Part shown: positions 50,458 through 62,712 of the stretch, one piece after another
Layout of the letters: every line of letters begins with the position of its first letter
How positions within the stretch are numbered: position 1 is the stretch's first letter
Made by a program: the position numbers and the translations under genes
Notes under the pieces: model-generated
Told to the model about the DNA's origin: nothing
Seen by the model: only the letters and a program-made list of their open reading frames with translations
The model's database searches: none
Source of the DNA: Leucoraja ocellata
Lineage: Eukaryota
Assembly: GCA_036785375.1 (NCBI GenBank)
Contig: JAWMAR010000622.1
Span: forward strand, 868,001 to 932,000
Direction of reading: 5' to 3'
DNA: 64,000 nt

Positions 50458-51119
50458 GTACTTGTCATTTTCACTTCGTTCTTTGATCTCGTTCAGTTTA
50501 CCCAGCTAGAGTTTTAAGAGATACTGCATGGCCCTTCCACTCACCGAGACCCCACCGATCAGCGATCACCCATTCACGCTAGTTCTAACTTAGACAGTAG
50601 GGGCAACCTCAGTTCCGTTCAGTTTAGTTTATTTTCACGTGTACCGAGGCGCAGTGAAAAGTTTTCTGCTGCGTGCTATCCAGTCAGCAGAAAAACAATA
50701 CATGTTTACAATTAATCCATGGATAGATACGATAGAAACATGGAAATTAGGTGCAGAAGTAGGGCATTCGGCCCTTCAAGCCAGCTCCGCCATTCAATAT
50801 GATCATCCAAAATCAGTACCCCATTCCTGCTTTTTCCCCATATCCCTTGATTCCGTTAGCCCGAAGAGCTAAATGTAATTCTAGCTCGAAAACATCCAGT
50901 GAATTGGCCTCCACTGCCCTTTCCGTGGCAGAGAATTCCACACGTGCACAATTCTCTGGGTGAAAAGATGTTTCCCTCATCTCAGTGCTAAATGACCTAC
51001 ACCCTATTCTTAAACTGGTGGGGGGGGGGGGGGGGGGCGGCTGATTCTCGAGGTGTGTCTTTTCACACTTCTCGACCTTTTGCCTGATGGAAGAGGGGAT
51101 AAGAGGGAATGGCCAGGGT

Positions 51120-51335
51120 TATGCTGCTGAAATCTCTGCAATAACCAACCTGACCTCCCGGTGGCTCAGCACTTCAACTCCCCCTCCCATTCTGTATCCG
51201 ACCTCTCTGTCCTGGGCCTCCTCCACGGCCAGAGTGAGCACCACCGGAAATTGGAGGAACAGCACCTCATATTCCGCTTGGGGTGTCTCCATCCTGGGGG
51301 CATGAACATTGAATTCTCCCAATTTTGTTAGCCCT
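51120..51335 (+). mobile_element. Penelope-like element, GIY-YIG C-terminal fragment (another at ~63350-63590)
   Basis: HRKLEEQHLIFRLG...GMNIEFS motif. Confidence 0.75.
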
Positions 51336-51657
51336 TGCTGTCTCCTCCCCTTCATCAACCCTCGGGCTGTCTCCTCCCATCCCTCAGCCCTCGGGCTCCT
51401 CCTCCTCCCTTTTCCTTTCTTCTCCCCGTGATGGTGTTGAGATGTAAATACTGTGCGAAGTTTAAATGAAACCGTGAAAAAATATTGAGGGTAGAAATAT
51501 TGTGCTGCATTGTCCTGTTTATCCCAACGTCGACGTTGATAATTCTGCTGCTCGCAGTGCGGTGTGATATATATGTAGTGTTGTAAGAATAGTATGTAAT
51601 GTTAATTCAGGGCTGTTGTGGTGCTGAAATATCCGTCTCTATTCTATTTCTTTCCAG

Positions 51658-51810
51658 CTGCCCCGGGGACAACATATCATCTACTCGAGCCTCAATGTGA
51701 AACCAGCGCGGACACAGAGAGAGACTTCGGGAGACGGGGAGGATTCACACGAGGATTCACCGGGAGACCCGGTGTCGACGCGCGGGCAGTTCGTGGAAGA
51801 GCAGGAGAAG
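51658..51810 (+). CDS. ITIM-bearing transmembrane protein, exon 5 (ITIM 1)
   Basis: ttctatttctttccag|...|gtacca, 153 nt, phase 0-0: LPRGQHIIYSSLNVKPARTQRETSGDGEDSHEDSPGDPVSTRGQFVEEQEK. Confidence 0.85.
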
Positions 51811-53394
51811 GTACCAATAGCAAACATTTTAACAATTGGCGACCGCAATCCAAGAGTCAAGGGGGTTTTATTGCCGTATGTCCCAGGTAGAATAATAAAA
51901 TTCTTACTTGTAGCAGCACAACAGAATGTGTAAACATGGCACACTGTAAACAATGGAATAAACGAGAAAAGGTTATTTCAGTGTGTGTATATACATACAC
52001 AAACTCNNNNNNNNNNNNNNNNNNNNNNNNNNNNNNNNNNNNNNNNNNNNNNNNNNNNNNNNNNNNNNNNNNNNNNNNNNNNNNNNNNNNNNNNNNNNNN
52101 NNNNNNNNNNNNNNNNNNNNNNNNNNNNNNNNNNNNNNNNNNNNNNNNNNNNNNNNNNNNNNNNNNNNNNNNNNNNNNNNNNNNNNNNNNNNNNNNNNNN
52201 NNNNNNNNNNNNNNNNNNNNNNNNNNNNNNNNNNNNNNNNNNNNNNNNNNNNNNNNNNNNNNNNNNNNNNNNNNNNNNNNNNNNNNNNNNNNNNNNNNNN
52301 NNNNNNNNNNNNNNNNNNAAACAAACAGCAATAATGGTGGAATAACAGCATTATGTAGTTCAGAGCTTGGATGTGCCAGTGTATCCTACCTAGTACAAGT
52401 TGAAGTGAGTTTATTGTCATGTGGCCGTGGTAACGATAGCCCGGGAGTGAGTGAAAGAGACTTGTTGACTGATGGGCCTCTTCTAATTCAGGGCAACTTT
52501 TCTAATGCAAAGTGCTGGAGAAACACATCGCTCCTGTAACTCAGTGGGTCAGGCAGCATCTCTGGTGGATGTGGGTGGGCCACGTTCGAGTCGGCGCACT
52601 TGTTTAGATTTATTTTTCTGTTTCCTTCAGAAAGAACGGGTGTGGGCGGGGGCGGGGGCGGGGGGGGGGGGGGGGGGGGTAGTAGGAGGATGGGGCATAG
52701 GGGAGGGGAGTGGCGTGGGTGAAGAGCTGGGAGCGAGAGAAGACCGGGACAGAGCAAGACCGGCCATAGATGGCCTCAGGCAGAGTGGTGCCCTGCTGGG
52801 CCCTATTGTTGACATGGGGAAGAGTGATCTGAAGAGTGGGACAACGTGGAGAGCTGAGAAAATGGTTAAAAGACGGGGGGGGGGGGGGAGGACAGGGAGA
52901 ATGGGAGGGGTGATGGAGGGAGGAAGGGAGAGAGGGGGAGGGAATTGGGCATTGGGAGGACGGGGGATAACACATTGTCCCCGGCGTGAATGTGGAGAAT
53001 GATGTATGGCGCTATTACAGCGGTTCAATGTTTCCAATGTTGACGCGATACTGGTGCTGCATTTCAATGGCATCACGGGGCAAAGAAACTGGTCCTTAAG
53101 CCCATAGAGTCACAGAGTCAGTCAAGGAATCTGACCAACTCGTCCACGCCAATCCACAGGCCTCATCTGAGCTGTTCCAACATACCCACGTTTGCCCCAT
53201 ACTCAACGAAACATTTATTTCCCACGCATCTGCCCCAATGCCTATTCAATATTGTTATTGCACCTGCCTCAACCTCGCCCTCTGGCGGCTCATTTTATTC
53301 ACGTCTGGGTCAACAATCAAGGGGCCAAATGCTGGAGTAACTCAGCGAGTCAGGCAGCATCTCTGGAGTGAGGGAATGGGTGACGTTTAGGGTC

Positions 53395-53915
53395 ATAGAA
53401 ACATAGAAAATAGGTGCAGGAGTAGGCCATTCGGCCCTTCGAGCCTGCACCGCCATTCGATATGAGCAGTATCCCATCCCTGCCCTCTCTCCATACCCCC
53501 CGACCCCTTTAGCCACAAGGGCCACATCTAACTCCCTCTTAAATATAGCAAATGAACTGTGGCCTCAACTACCTTCTGTGGCAGAGAATTCCACAGATTC
53601 ACCACTCTCTCTGTAACACATGATTTTCTCATCTCGGTCCTAAAATACTTCCCTCTTATCCTTAAACGGTGACCCGTTGTTCTGGACTTCCCCAACATCG
53701 GGAATAATCTTCCTGCATCTAGCCTGTCCAACCCCTTAAGAATTTTGTACGTTTCTATAAAATCCTCCCCTCAATTTTCTGAATTCCAGCGAGTACAAGC
53801 CGAGTCCATCCAGTCTTTCTTCATATGAAAGTCCTGACATCCCAGGAATCAGTCTGGTGAACTTTCTCTGTACTCCCTCTATGGCAAGAATGTCTTTCCT
53901 CAGATTAGGAGACCA
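53395..53915 (-). mobile_element. CR1 LINE 3' fragment
   Basis: ORF 53528-53731 plus tail. Confidence 0.88.
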
Positions 53916-54371
53916 GGGTCCTAATTAGGGTCGAGGCCCTTCTTCAGAATTCTCTTCCTATCTAGGGACTGATCAATACTCGGGATTCCAAGGTGCCATG
54001 TGACATTACTGCGAGCGTGAATAGTTCAGTTTAGTTTAGTGATACAGCGCGGAAACAGGCACAACGAGGCCGCGCCTACTAGCTCCCCGTACACTCGCTC
54101 TATCCTATACACACTAGGGAAAATTTAAAATATGTACCAAAGCGAATACACCTACACACTTGTACGTCTTTTGGAGTGTGGGCGGAAACCGGAGCACCCG
54201 GAGAAAGCCAATGCAGGTCACGGAGTGAAACGGACAAACTCCGCACAGGCAGCAATTGTTATCCGGATTGAGCCCGGGTCTCCGGCGCTGTGAGGGAGCA
54301 ACTCCAGCGGGAGCGGAGAATCAGTTGACAACGGAGCTCTATTTCACCGTCTCAATTGTGCTTGCTTGTAG

Positions 54372-54467
54372 GTGCTCGGTGGGCAAGAAATCGCCTATGC
54401 GTATCTGAATCTGAAGCCGAAACGGAGACAAAGTGAGTCCCCTGAGGCAGACGGAGAGATTCATTGA
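54372..54467 (+). CDS. ITIM-bearing transmembrane protein, exon 6 (ITIM 2 and stop)
   Basis: cttgcttgtag|VLGGQEIAYAYLNLKPKRRQSESPEADGEIH*; an alternative internal donor gtgagt lies near 54433. Confidence 0.82.
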   Translation: MLGGQEIAYAYLNLKPKRRQSESPEADGEIH

Positions 54468-54520
54468 GAACGGGAGCGGACACACGGTGCGTCAAGAGTC
54501 TAGAGTGTTTTATTGTCATG

Positions 54521-55209
54521 CTAGATCAAGTGGGGCCCGTTAGTTCCCTGTCACATGGGAGGCCTGGCCCCCAACGCAACCGGTCCTCCCAACGCAATAT
54601 TCCACCACTCACCCATTCCCCCAACTTAATCTGTCCACCCACCGCAATATTCTACCACTCATCCATAGCCCCCAACTGCACTGGGCGGCTGATTTCCCCT
54701 TATCCCCCAGCACTCCCTCCCCCTCCTCATCAGCCTCCCAATTGGACTTGCTGGCATGACTTTAACAAAAATCAAATTGCGCTCCCCCTGCCTCCACCTC
54801 CACACCCCCTCCCCTCCACCACCCCCCCCCCCCCCCCCCCACCCCCTCCTGTTCAGCCTCAATGTTATTAAACTTTTAAAAAATGCTGCCAGGACTCAGT
54901 GTTCTGTGATCGCAACATTGGTGCGGGGTCCCATTGTGACGTCATAATTGTAATTGCCAGCGTGCAGATGGAACAAGTGTTTCTTAAAGTGGGATTTTAT
55001 AAAGTTAAAAATGTGAATAATTTGTAAAATAGAAAATCAATCTGAAAGAAACTTGTTAAAAACACACCACAAGACAATTGTGAGTACGGTGGTCCAGAAT
55101 TTGTAGCGCTATCGTGTGCCTTTTTTTGTCGTGGTTCCGGAATCTCACTCACTTACCCACTCACACGCACAATAACAAAGTAACAAGATGAGAATTTTAG
55201 TAATATAGA
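54521..55209 (-). mobile_element. Probable non-autonomous Helitron
   Basis: Minus strand starts a|TCTATATTACTAAAA and ends with an imperfect GC hairpin followed by CTAG; no TSD. Confidence 0.5.
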
Positions 55210-55279
55210 TATATATAGATGTTCCAAATATATGTCTATATGTGTATCTATCTATTTATCTGTCCATTTACCTATCTAG

Positions 55280-55316
<37 letters not shown>

Positions 55317-57605
55317 TTCAATATCTAATATACATTTGTACAAACACACATATAGATACATCATGACACGCACGCACCCACATACACATACATGCACAAA
55401 CACAGACATGCATGCGCACACATAAACACACACACACACACATACATTAAACACACACATATACACACATAAACGCACACACACACGCATAAACGCACAC
55501 GCACNNNNNNNNNNNNNNNNNNNNNNNNNNNNNNNNNNNNNNNNNNNNNNNNNNNNNNNNNNNNNNNNNNNNNNNNNNNNNNNNNNNNNNNNNNNNNNNN
55601 NNNNNNNNNNNNNNNNNNNNNNNNNNNNNNNNNNNNNNNNNNNNNNNNAGATATATGCAGATAGATAGATAGATTTTCGAGACACATATGTAGGGAAATA
55701 GCTGTCCCTGAACCTGAACGTTACCTTTTCAGTCTCCTGTACCTTCTTCCCGATGGCAGGAGTGAAATGAGAACGTGGCCAGGGAGGTGAGGGTCTCTGA
55801 TGATACTGGCTGCCTTTTTGAGGCAGCTTCATTTGCAGATCCCTTCGATGGCAGTGAGGTCAGAACCTTAAGCTAGCCACATAAATGCTGGAGTAACTCA
55901 ACGTGACAGGTAGCATCTCTGGAGAGAAGTAATGGGTGACGTTTTGGGTGGAGACTTCTTCAGACCAGGCAACAGAACCAAATTGAGCCACTAGGTGTTC
56001 GCTGGAAGACACTGAGTGTAAACAAGGGTCTCGACCCGAAACATCACCCATGTCCAGGGATGCTACCTGTCACGTTGAGTTACTCCAGCATTTATGTGGC
56101 TATCTAAAGGTTCTGACCTCACTAGCATCGAAGGGATCTACAAGAGAAGCTGCCTCAAAAAGGCAGCCAGTATCATCTGAGACCCTCACCACCCTGACCA
56201 CGCTCTCATTTCACTCCTGCCATCGGGAAGAAACTTTATTATCTGTATCTGTAAACTGTAAATGAATTGTTTGTAATTATGTATTATTTTTCCGCTAACT
56301 GAATAGCGAGCATCGCGTCAGAGTGATAGTGTAGAAACAGGCCCTTCGGCCCCACTTGTCCACTCCGGCCAACATGTCCCACCTACACTGGTCCCACCTG
56401 CCCGCGTTTGGCCCATATACCTCCAAACCTGTCCTATCCACTAACTGTTTCTTAACTGTTGGGATAGTCCCAGCCACAACTACCTCCTCTGGCAGCTTGT
56501 TCCATACAGCCACCACTGCTTGTGTGAAAAATTCACGGCTCACTTTCCTTTTACATATTTTCCCCTTCACCTTAGTCCAAGCCTACAGCACAGATCATCT
56601 AGTCCTAGCAGCATTAAGTATCCCCCTCCCCGCCTTAAATAGTTAATTACCGCAAATGCTTGAATGAAATAAAGTGTCTGAAAAACGATGACCGCAACAC
56701 TTTAAGATCCAACTCCTTCAAAGTGGTTGAAGATCAAATATTCTCGGGAATGCCGGATTATCTTTCAGTCACCGCCTCTGCTCCCACGGCGATGCCGGCC
56801 TCCAGCATCGGAACATGTTCATTTCTCTGTCCCAGATTCACCATCCCCACGGGGCAATGAGTTAATATACCGGCCGATTCCGCAGTATCGGCTTGTTACC
56901 AGCAGGTGGGGACACTGCGCCGCGCAAACATTTACACAGCTCGGCATCCCCTGATGTGGATTAAAATGTGTTTACTCCCATCCTGGCCTTTCATGGTTGC
57001 AAGCGGCACTGCAGTGAACTTCCTGACATGCATGAGGTTGCGTGCATGAAATTTGTACCAAACCTTCTTGACCCGCTGCATATATTAAAATAAAATTCTG
57101 CTATTTTGAAATTCTACAAGCATGCGATTTTTAAAAATGTAATAATTTATAACGCTTGGTTCATCGTTATTGATGTCCACTATTCACTGGGACACAAGAG
57201 TCTGCAGAAGCGGCACATGCATGAGGTGGAGTAGCGGAGAGACCCTCAATGCAGGAGCGAGTAGTGAACTTAAATCGATCAAGAAGCATTTGTGGAAGTG
57301 ATGAGCGCGTCCTCTTGGAGGGTAAAGACCCCCTGCAAATGACGAATTGATACATTCATAGATTAATGCAATAGATACATTTAATCCCCTCTTGTTGAAT
57401 TTGGATAATTCGCACGACCAGTAAAATGCACAAGAACCTAATAGAAATATTGTGTTTATTCGAACAACACGCCCTGGTCATTTCAGTGTGAAAATGAAAT
57501 AAACCCCAAACTGTATGGACTTTTGAGGTTGGTTTTAAAATCTGGTACAGTGAAACGCTGTTGTTGCGTGCACTGCAGTCAGCGGGAAGTTGTGCAGGGT
57601 CTTGG

Positions 57606-57662
57606 TGAATGAATGAATGCATGAATGAATGAATGGTGCATGCATGAATGAATGAATGAATC
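57606..57662. repeat. (GAAT)n microsatellite
   Basis: Directly visible, imperfect. Confidence 0.85.
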
Positions 57663-57894
57663 ACTTTATTGTCATTGCACATGGTACAACGAAATTTAAA
57701 AGTCAATCCCACGGTGCGATTCACAAGAGCAATTTTAAATATATAAGAAAAGGTAAAAATATATACATATTAAAAAAAAATTACAGATAAATAACAATAG
57801 CAGCTGAGGTAGAACCATTCAGTTGAATGTGAGTGTTATTTCTTATTTTGCATTGTTAAGTTCATCTATGGCTGTGGGGTAGAAGCTATCTCTG

Positions 57895-58757
57895 ATGGTG
57901 AGACCACACCTGGAGTATTGCGTACAGTTTTGGTCTCCAAATCTGAGGAAAGACATTCTTGCTTAGGAGTACAGAGAAGGTTCACCAGACTGATTCCTGG
58001 GATGGCAGGACTTTCATATGAAGAAAGACTGGATACGCTCGGCTTGTACTCACTAGATTTTAAAAGATTGAGGGGGGATCTTATAGAAACTTACAAAGTT
58101 CTTAAGGGATTGGACAGGCTAGATGCACGAAGATTGTTCCCGATGTTGGGGAAGTCCAGGACAAGGGGACAAGGGAACATGACATGAGAATTAAGGGACT
58201 GAAGTTTAGGGGTAACATGAGGGGGAACTTCTTTACTCAGAGAGTGGTAGCTGTGTGGAATGAGCTTCCAGTGAAGGTGGTGGAGGCAGGTTCGTTTTTA
58301 TCATTTAAAAATAAATTAGATAGTTATATGGATGGGAAGGGAATGGAGGGTTATGGTCTGAGCGCAGGTATATGGGACTAGGGGAGATTATGTGTTCGGC
58401 TCGGACTAGAAGGGTCGAGATGGCCTGTTTCCGTGCTGTAATTGTTATATGGTTATATAAGGGGTCACAGTTTAAGGATAAAGGGGAAATCCTTTAGGAC
58501 CGAGATGAGAAAAACATTTTTCACACAGAGAGTGGTGAATATCTGGAACTCTCTGCCATAAGGTAGTTGAGGCCAGTTCATTGGCTATATTTAAGAGGGA
58601 GTTAGATGTGGCCCTTGTGGCTAAAGGGATCAGGGAGTATGGAGAGAAGACAGGTAGAGGATACTGAGTTGGATGATCAGCCATGATCATATTGAATGGC
58701 GGTGCAGGCTCGAAGTGCCGAATGGCCTACTCCTGCACCTATTTTCAATGTTTCTAT
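57895..58757 (+). mobile_element. CR1 fragment with a second CR1 family nested at ~58170-58458
   Basis: Host sequence acaagggg|tcacag is split; the insert ends in an (atatggtt) tail and aagggg is repeated on both sides. Confidence 0.85.
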
Positions 58758-60514
58758 GAAAGACAATGCATGATTTCAATCGAACCATTACAGTGTTTCA
58801 TAATCAAGGCCGCCAGCTCCATGATGTTGGGCCGCAGAGCGACCACAGATATGATCTGGAAATCAATCGCTTCTCCGGCAAAGTGAGATATTGAAAAAAA
58901 GGTTTCCCCCGACACCCTCCCCCACACAAAACACACCAGAGAAAATTAACCCCAAACTTTTAAAACACATTGAAAATAACAAAAAAAAAAGACGAAAAGA
59001 CAGACAGACTGTTGTGTGATGCAGATCCACCAATGAGGTAGACTAGTAGCTCAGCATGTTCTCTGTTTGTGGAAGGATGATTCAGTTGCCTGACGACAGC
59101 TGGGAAGAAACAGTCCCTGAATCTGGAGGTGTGAGTTGGCACACTTTCAACAAGTAAATGGGATACAAAATGCATCTGAAGGTCTGATTCCGAGGGCAAT
59201 GGTGGAGGGCTGCTGCTCAGAATGGACAGACGGCAGATGGTTTGCCACAGGGCTTGGTGCTGGCTCAACCTTTTTTTCCATTCCTTCGAAGGGCCGAATG
59301 GCCTACTCCTGCACCTATTTTCTATGTTTCTATGTTTTTTTACATTTAAAAAAACTTATTTTTAATGTAAACGATTTGGATGTGTATGTAGGTGGTTCTA
59401 TGGTATGTGGTTCTATATAATCTATGGTCACATAGATTCATAGAAAATAGATGCAGGAGTAGGCCATTCGCCCCTTGGAGCCAGCACCGCCATTCAACGA
59501 GATCATGGCTGATCATCCACATTCGGTACCCCGTTCTTAAGGAATTGGACAGGCTAGATGCAGGAAGATTGTTCCCGATGTTGGGGAAGTCCAGAACAAG
59601 GGGTCACAGTTTAAGGATAAAGGGGAAATCTTTTAGGACTGAGACGAGAAAAACATTTTCTTTACACAGAGAGTGGCGAATCTCTGGAATTCTCTGCCAC
59701 AGAATGTAGTTGAGGCCAGTTCATTGGCTATATTTAAGAGGGAGTTAGATGTGGTCCTTGTGGCTAAAGGGATCGGGGGTATGGAGAGAAGTCAGGTACA
59801 GGATACTGAGTTGGATGATCATATTGAATGGCAGTGCAGGCTCGAAGGGCCGAATGGCCTACTTCTGCACCTATTTTCTATGTTCCTGCCTTCTCCCCAC
59901 ATCCCTTGATTCATCTAGCCCAAAGAGCTCTATCTAGTGAATCGACCTCCATTGCCTTCTGAGACAGAGGATTCCACAAATTCACCCAACTCTCTGGGTG
60001 AAAAAGTTTGTCCTCATCTCAGTTCTAATGGTTAGTCAGTTTGAGATGAGATGAACATTGGTTAAAGCAATTGTCCCTAATATGTAGGGTAGTGTTAGTG
60101 TAGGGTGATCGCGAATGGAACAACAGGGCTAATAGTCGCTGGAATTTAGATGGATGAGAGGGTATATTATAGAAACATATCATTTTTTTAGCAGATTGGA
60201 CAGGCTAGATGCAGGAACAATGTTGGGGAATCCAGAACCACGGGTCACAGTTTAAGGATAAGGGGTAGGCCATTTAGGACTGAGATGAGGGAGAACATTT
60301 TTCACCCGGAGCATTCACTGCCACAGAAGGCAGTGGAGGCCAATTCACTTGGTGTATTCAAGAGAGAGTTAGATATAGCTCTTAGGGTTAACGGAATCAA
60401 GGAATATGGGGAAGAAAGCAGGAATAGGGTACTGATTTTGGATGATCAGTCATGATCAAATTATATGGCGATGTTCGCTCGAAGGACCGAATAGCCTACT
60501 CCTGTACCTATTTC

Positions 60515-60978
60515 AGAAACATAGAAAATAGGTGCAGGAGTAGGCCATTCGGCCCTTCGAGCCTGCACCGTCATTCAATATGATCATGGCAGATCATCCA
60601 ACTCAGGATCCCGTACCTGCCTTCTCTCCATACCCCCTGATCCCTTTAGCCACAAGGGTCACATCTAACTCCCTCTTAAATATAGCCAATGAACTGGCCT
60701 CAACTGCCTTCTGTGGCAGAGAGTTCCAGAGATTCACCACTCTCTGTGTGTAAAATGTTTTTCTTATCTCGGTCCTAAAGGATTTCCCCTCGATTCTTAA
60801 GCTGTGACGCCTTGTCCTGGGCTTCCCCAACATCGGGAACAATCTTCCTGCATCTAGCCTGTCCAATCCCTTAAGAATTTTGTAAGTTTCTATAAGATCC
60901 CCCCTCAATCTCCTAAATTCTAGCGAGTACAAGCCAAGTCTATCCAGTCTTTCTTCATATGAAAGTCCTGACATCCCA
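60515..60978 (-). mobile_element. CR1 LINE 3' fragment
   Basis: ORF 60603-60974. Confidence 0.9.
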
Positions 60979-61127
60979 CGACTTTTCTATATTTCAATAT
61001 TTCTACGCGGGGAGGGCGATTGTTTAATATTTATATTTTCACAAAAATATTTCTGTTCCGTTGCCGGACGCCATTAATGGGTAAAATGAACGGATCGACA
61101 GACAGACAGCTCTGATTTCAGTTGCTG

Positions 61128-61170
61128 TTTATTTCACTCTTCCCACATTTACATTCCCCCTGGTTTTATT
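61128..61170 (-). terminator. Candidate polyadenylation signals of the TRIM gene
   Basis: Two AATAAA on the minus strand (61128-61133, 61165-61170), about 140-180 nt after the stop. Confidence 0.55.
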
Positions 61171-61309
61171 TCCACGCTCACTGGGGTTTTACGACGCGGA
61201 ATTTGGGGATTAAATGGGAGCCGTTCAGCGCCGACCTGTTGTCCACCGGGTTTCTGCCCCCACAGACCCTGAGCCCCGCTCCTGACGCCAGACCCGGGAC
61301 CCGACCCTT

Positions 61310-61845
61310 TTACACACCCGGAGCAGAACCGGAGCAGATTCTCAGCCACTGGTTTTCGTGGCAAGTCGCGAAGTAAGGATAAAGTTTCTCCGTGAATTTA
61401 TTCCCAGTGAAGGTGTGGAGATGGGACTTGGTGTCCGCGTCGTAAAATGAAACTGTCCCGGACTCGTAGCTGAGATAAACTCCCACCTTCCCGGGGATGG
61501 GACGGGCGGGGAGAGGGGATGGAGGGGAGGTGAACGCATTAAACACGTCACCCCATCCCCGCCAAATGCTCCAGACTCCATTCTCCGGGGTCAGTGCGAC
61601 CCGTCTCTTCCTCTCCACAGACTCTGCGGCGACTCCCAGACTCCACCACTGACTCCCCGCCACCTCCACCTCCCAGTAATGTCTCCCGGCTGTGAATCCC
61701 TCCGATCCCAGCACACACGGACTGTCTGTAAACCTCTTTCCGGTGTCAGGGAGACTCCTCTCGGTCCGAATCCCTCTCACCCTCTTCCGATCCTCAGACA
61801 CCTCGAGCCGCGGATGTGCTGTTTCCACATCCAGGGTGACGGAGA
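61310..61845 (-). CDS. TRIM-family B30.2 (PRY-SPRY) terminal exon (zinc-binding protein A33/TRIM39/TRIM69-like)
   Basis: cttctcccccag|SVTLDVETAHPRLEVSED...RFTDSPCVLGSEGFTAGRHYWEVEV...KVGVYLSYESGTVSFYDA...KLYPYF; intact to TAA. Confidence 0.95.
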
Positions 61846-62114
61846 CTGGGGGGAGAAGCAGAGAATCAGAGAGTTCCCGGGGGTCGGGGGTGAGACTCGG
61901 GCAGCGCGGCCCCGGGATCGGGGGAGAAGCCGCTCGGCCTCAGACACAGGAGCATTGGGAACATGAGGGGGTGGCGCAGTGGGTTTGGGGCGGGATGATC
62001 AAGAGGGGAGGTGGGGTCGAGTGCAGACAGATGGACGAGACATTGCGTTTGATGTTGACAAACGAGGAAATGTATTCAAAAGCTGGGCACCCTTGTTCAG
62101 AAATTCAATATTCC

Positions 62115-62635
62115 ACAACCAGGGGTCACAGTTTAAGAATAAGGGGTAAGCCATTTAGAACGGAGACGAGGAAACACTTTTTCTCATAGAGAGTGGTGAG
62201 TCTGTGGAATTCTCTGCCTCAGAGGGCGGGGGAGGCAGGTTCTCTGGATGCTTTCAAGACAGAGCTAGACAGGGCTCTTAAAAATAACGGAGTCAGGAGA
62301 TATGGGGAGAAGGCAGGAACGGGGTACTGATTGGGGATGATCAGCCATGATCACATTGAATGGCGGTGCTGACATCTTCCCCACCACTGAAGTCAGGCTA
62401 ACTGGTCTGTAATTCCCCATTTTCTCTCTCGCTCCTTTCTTGAAAAGAGGAATAACATTAGCTATCCTCCAATCCACAGGAACTGATCCTGAATCTATTG
62501 AACATTGGAAAATGATCACCAATGCATCCACTATTTCTAGTGCCACCTCCCTGAGGACCCTGGGATGCAGACCCTCAGGCCTAGGGGATTTATCATCCTT
62601 CATCCCATTAGCCCACCCAATACTATATCTCGCCT
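62115..62635. mobile_element. Two abutting CR1 fragments in opposite orientation in the last TRIM intron
   Basis: Plus-strand 3' end at 62115-62370; minus-strand RT N-terminal piece DWRIANVIPLFKKG...NYRPVSLTSVVGK at 62371-62635. Confidence 0.85.
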
Positions 62636-62712
62636 AATGGGGGGGGGGAGAGAGATTGTTAGTTTAAAAAAAACAGAGAATTCTATATTTTTACCGTCAG
62701 TTCGTAAGCTAC

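Noticed and set aside
51618-51890. Phase-1 reading of exon 5 (AAPGTTYHLL...) joined directly to the TM exon
   Set aside because: The phase-0 frame gives a canonical ITIM homologous to exon 6, and a phase 1-0 bridging exon exists at 50393-50457. It remains possible only as a skipping isoform.
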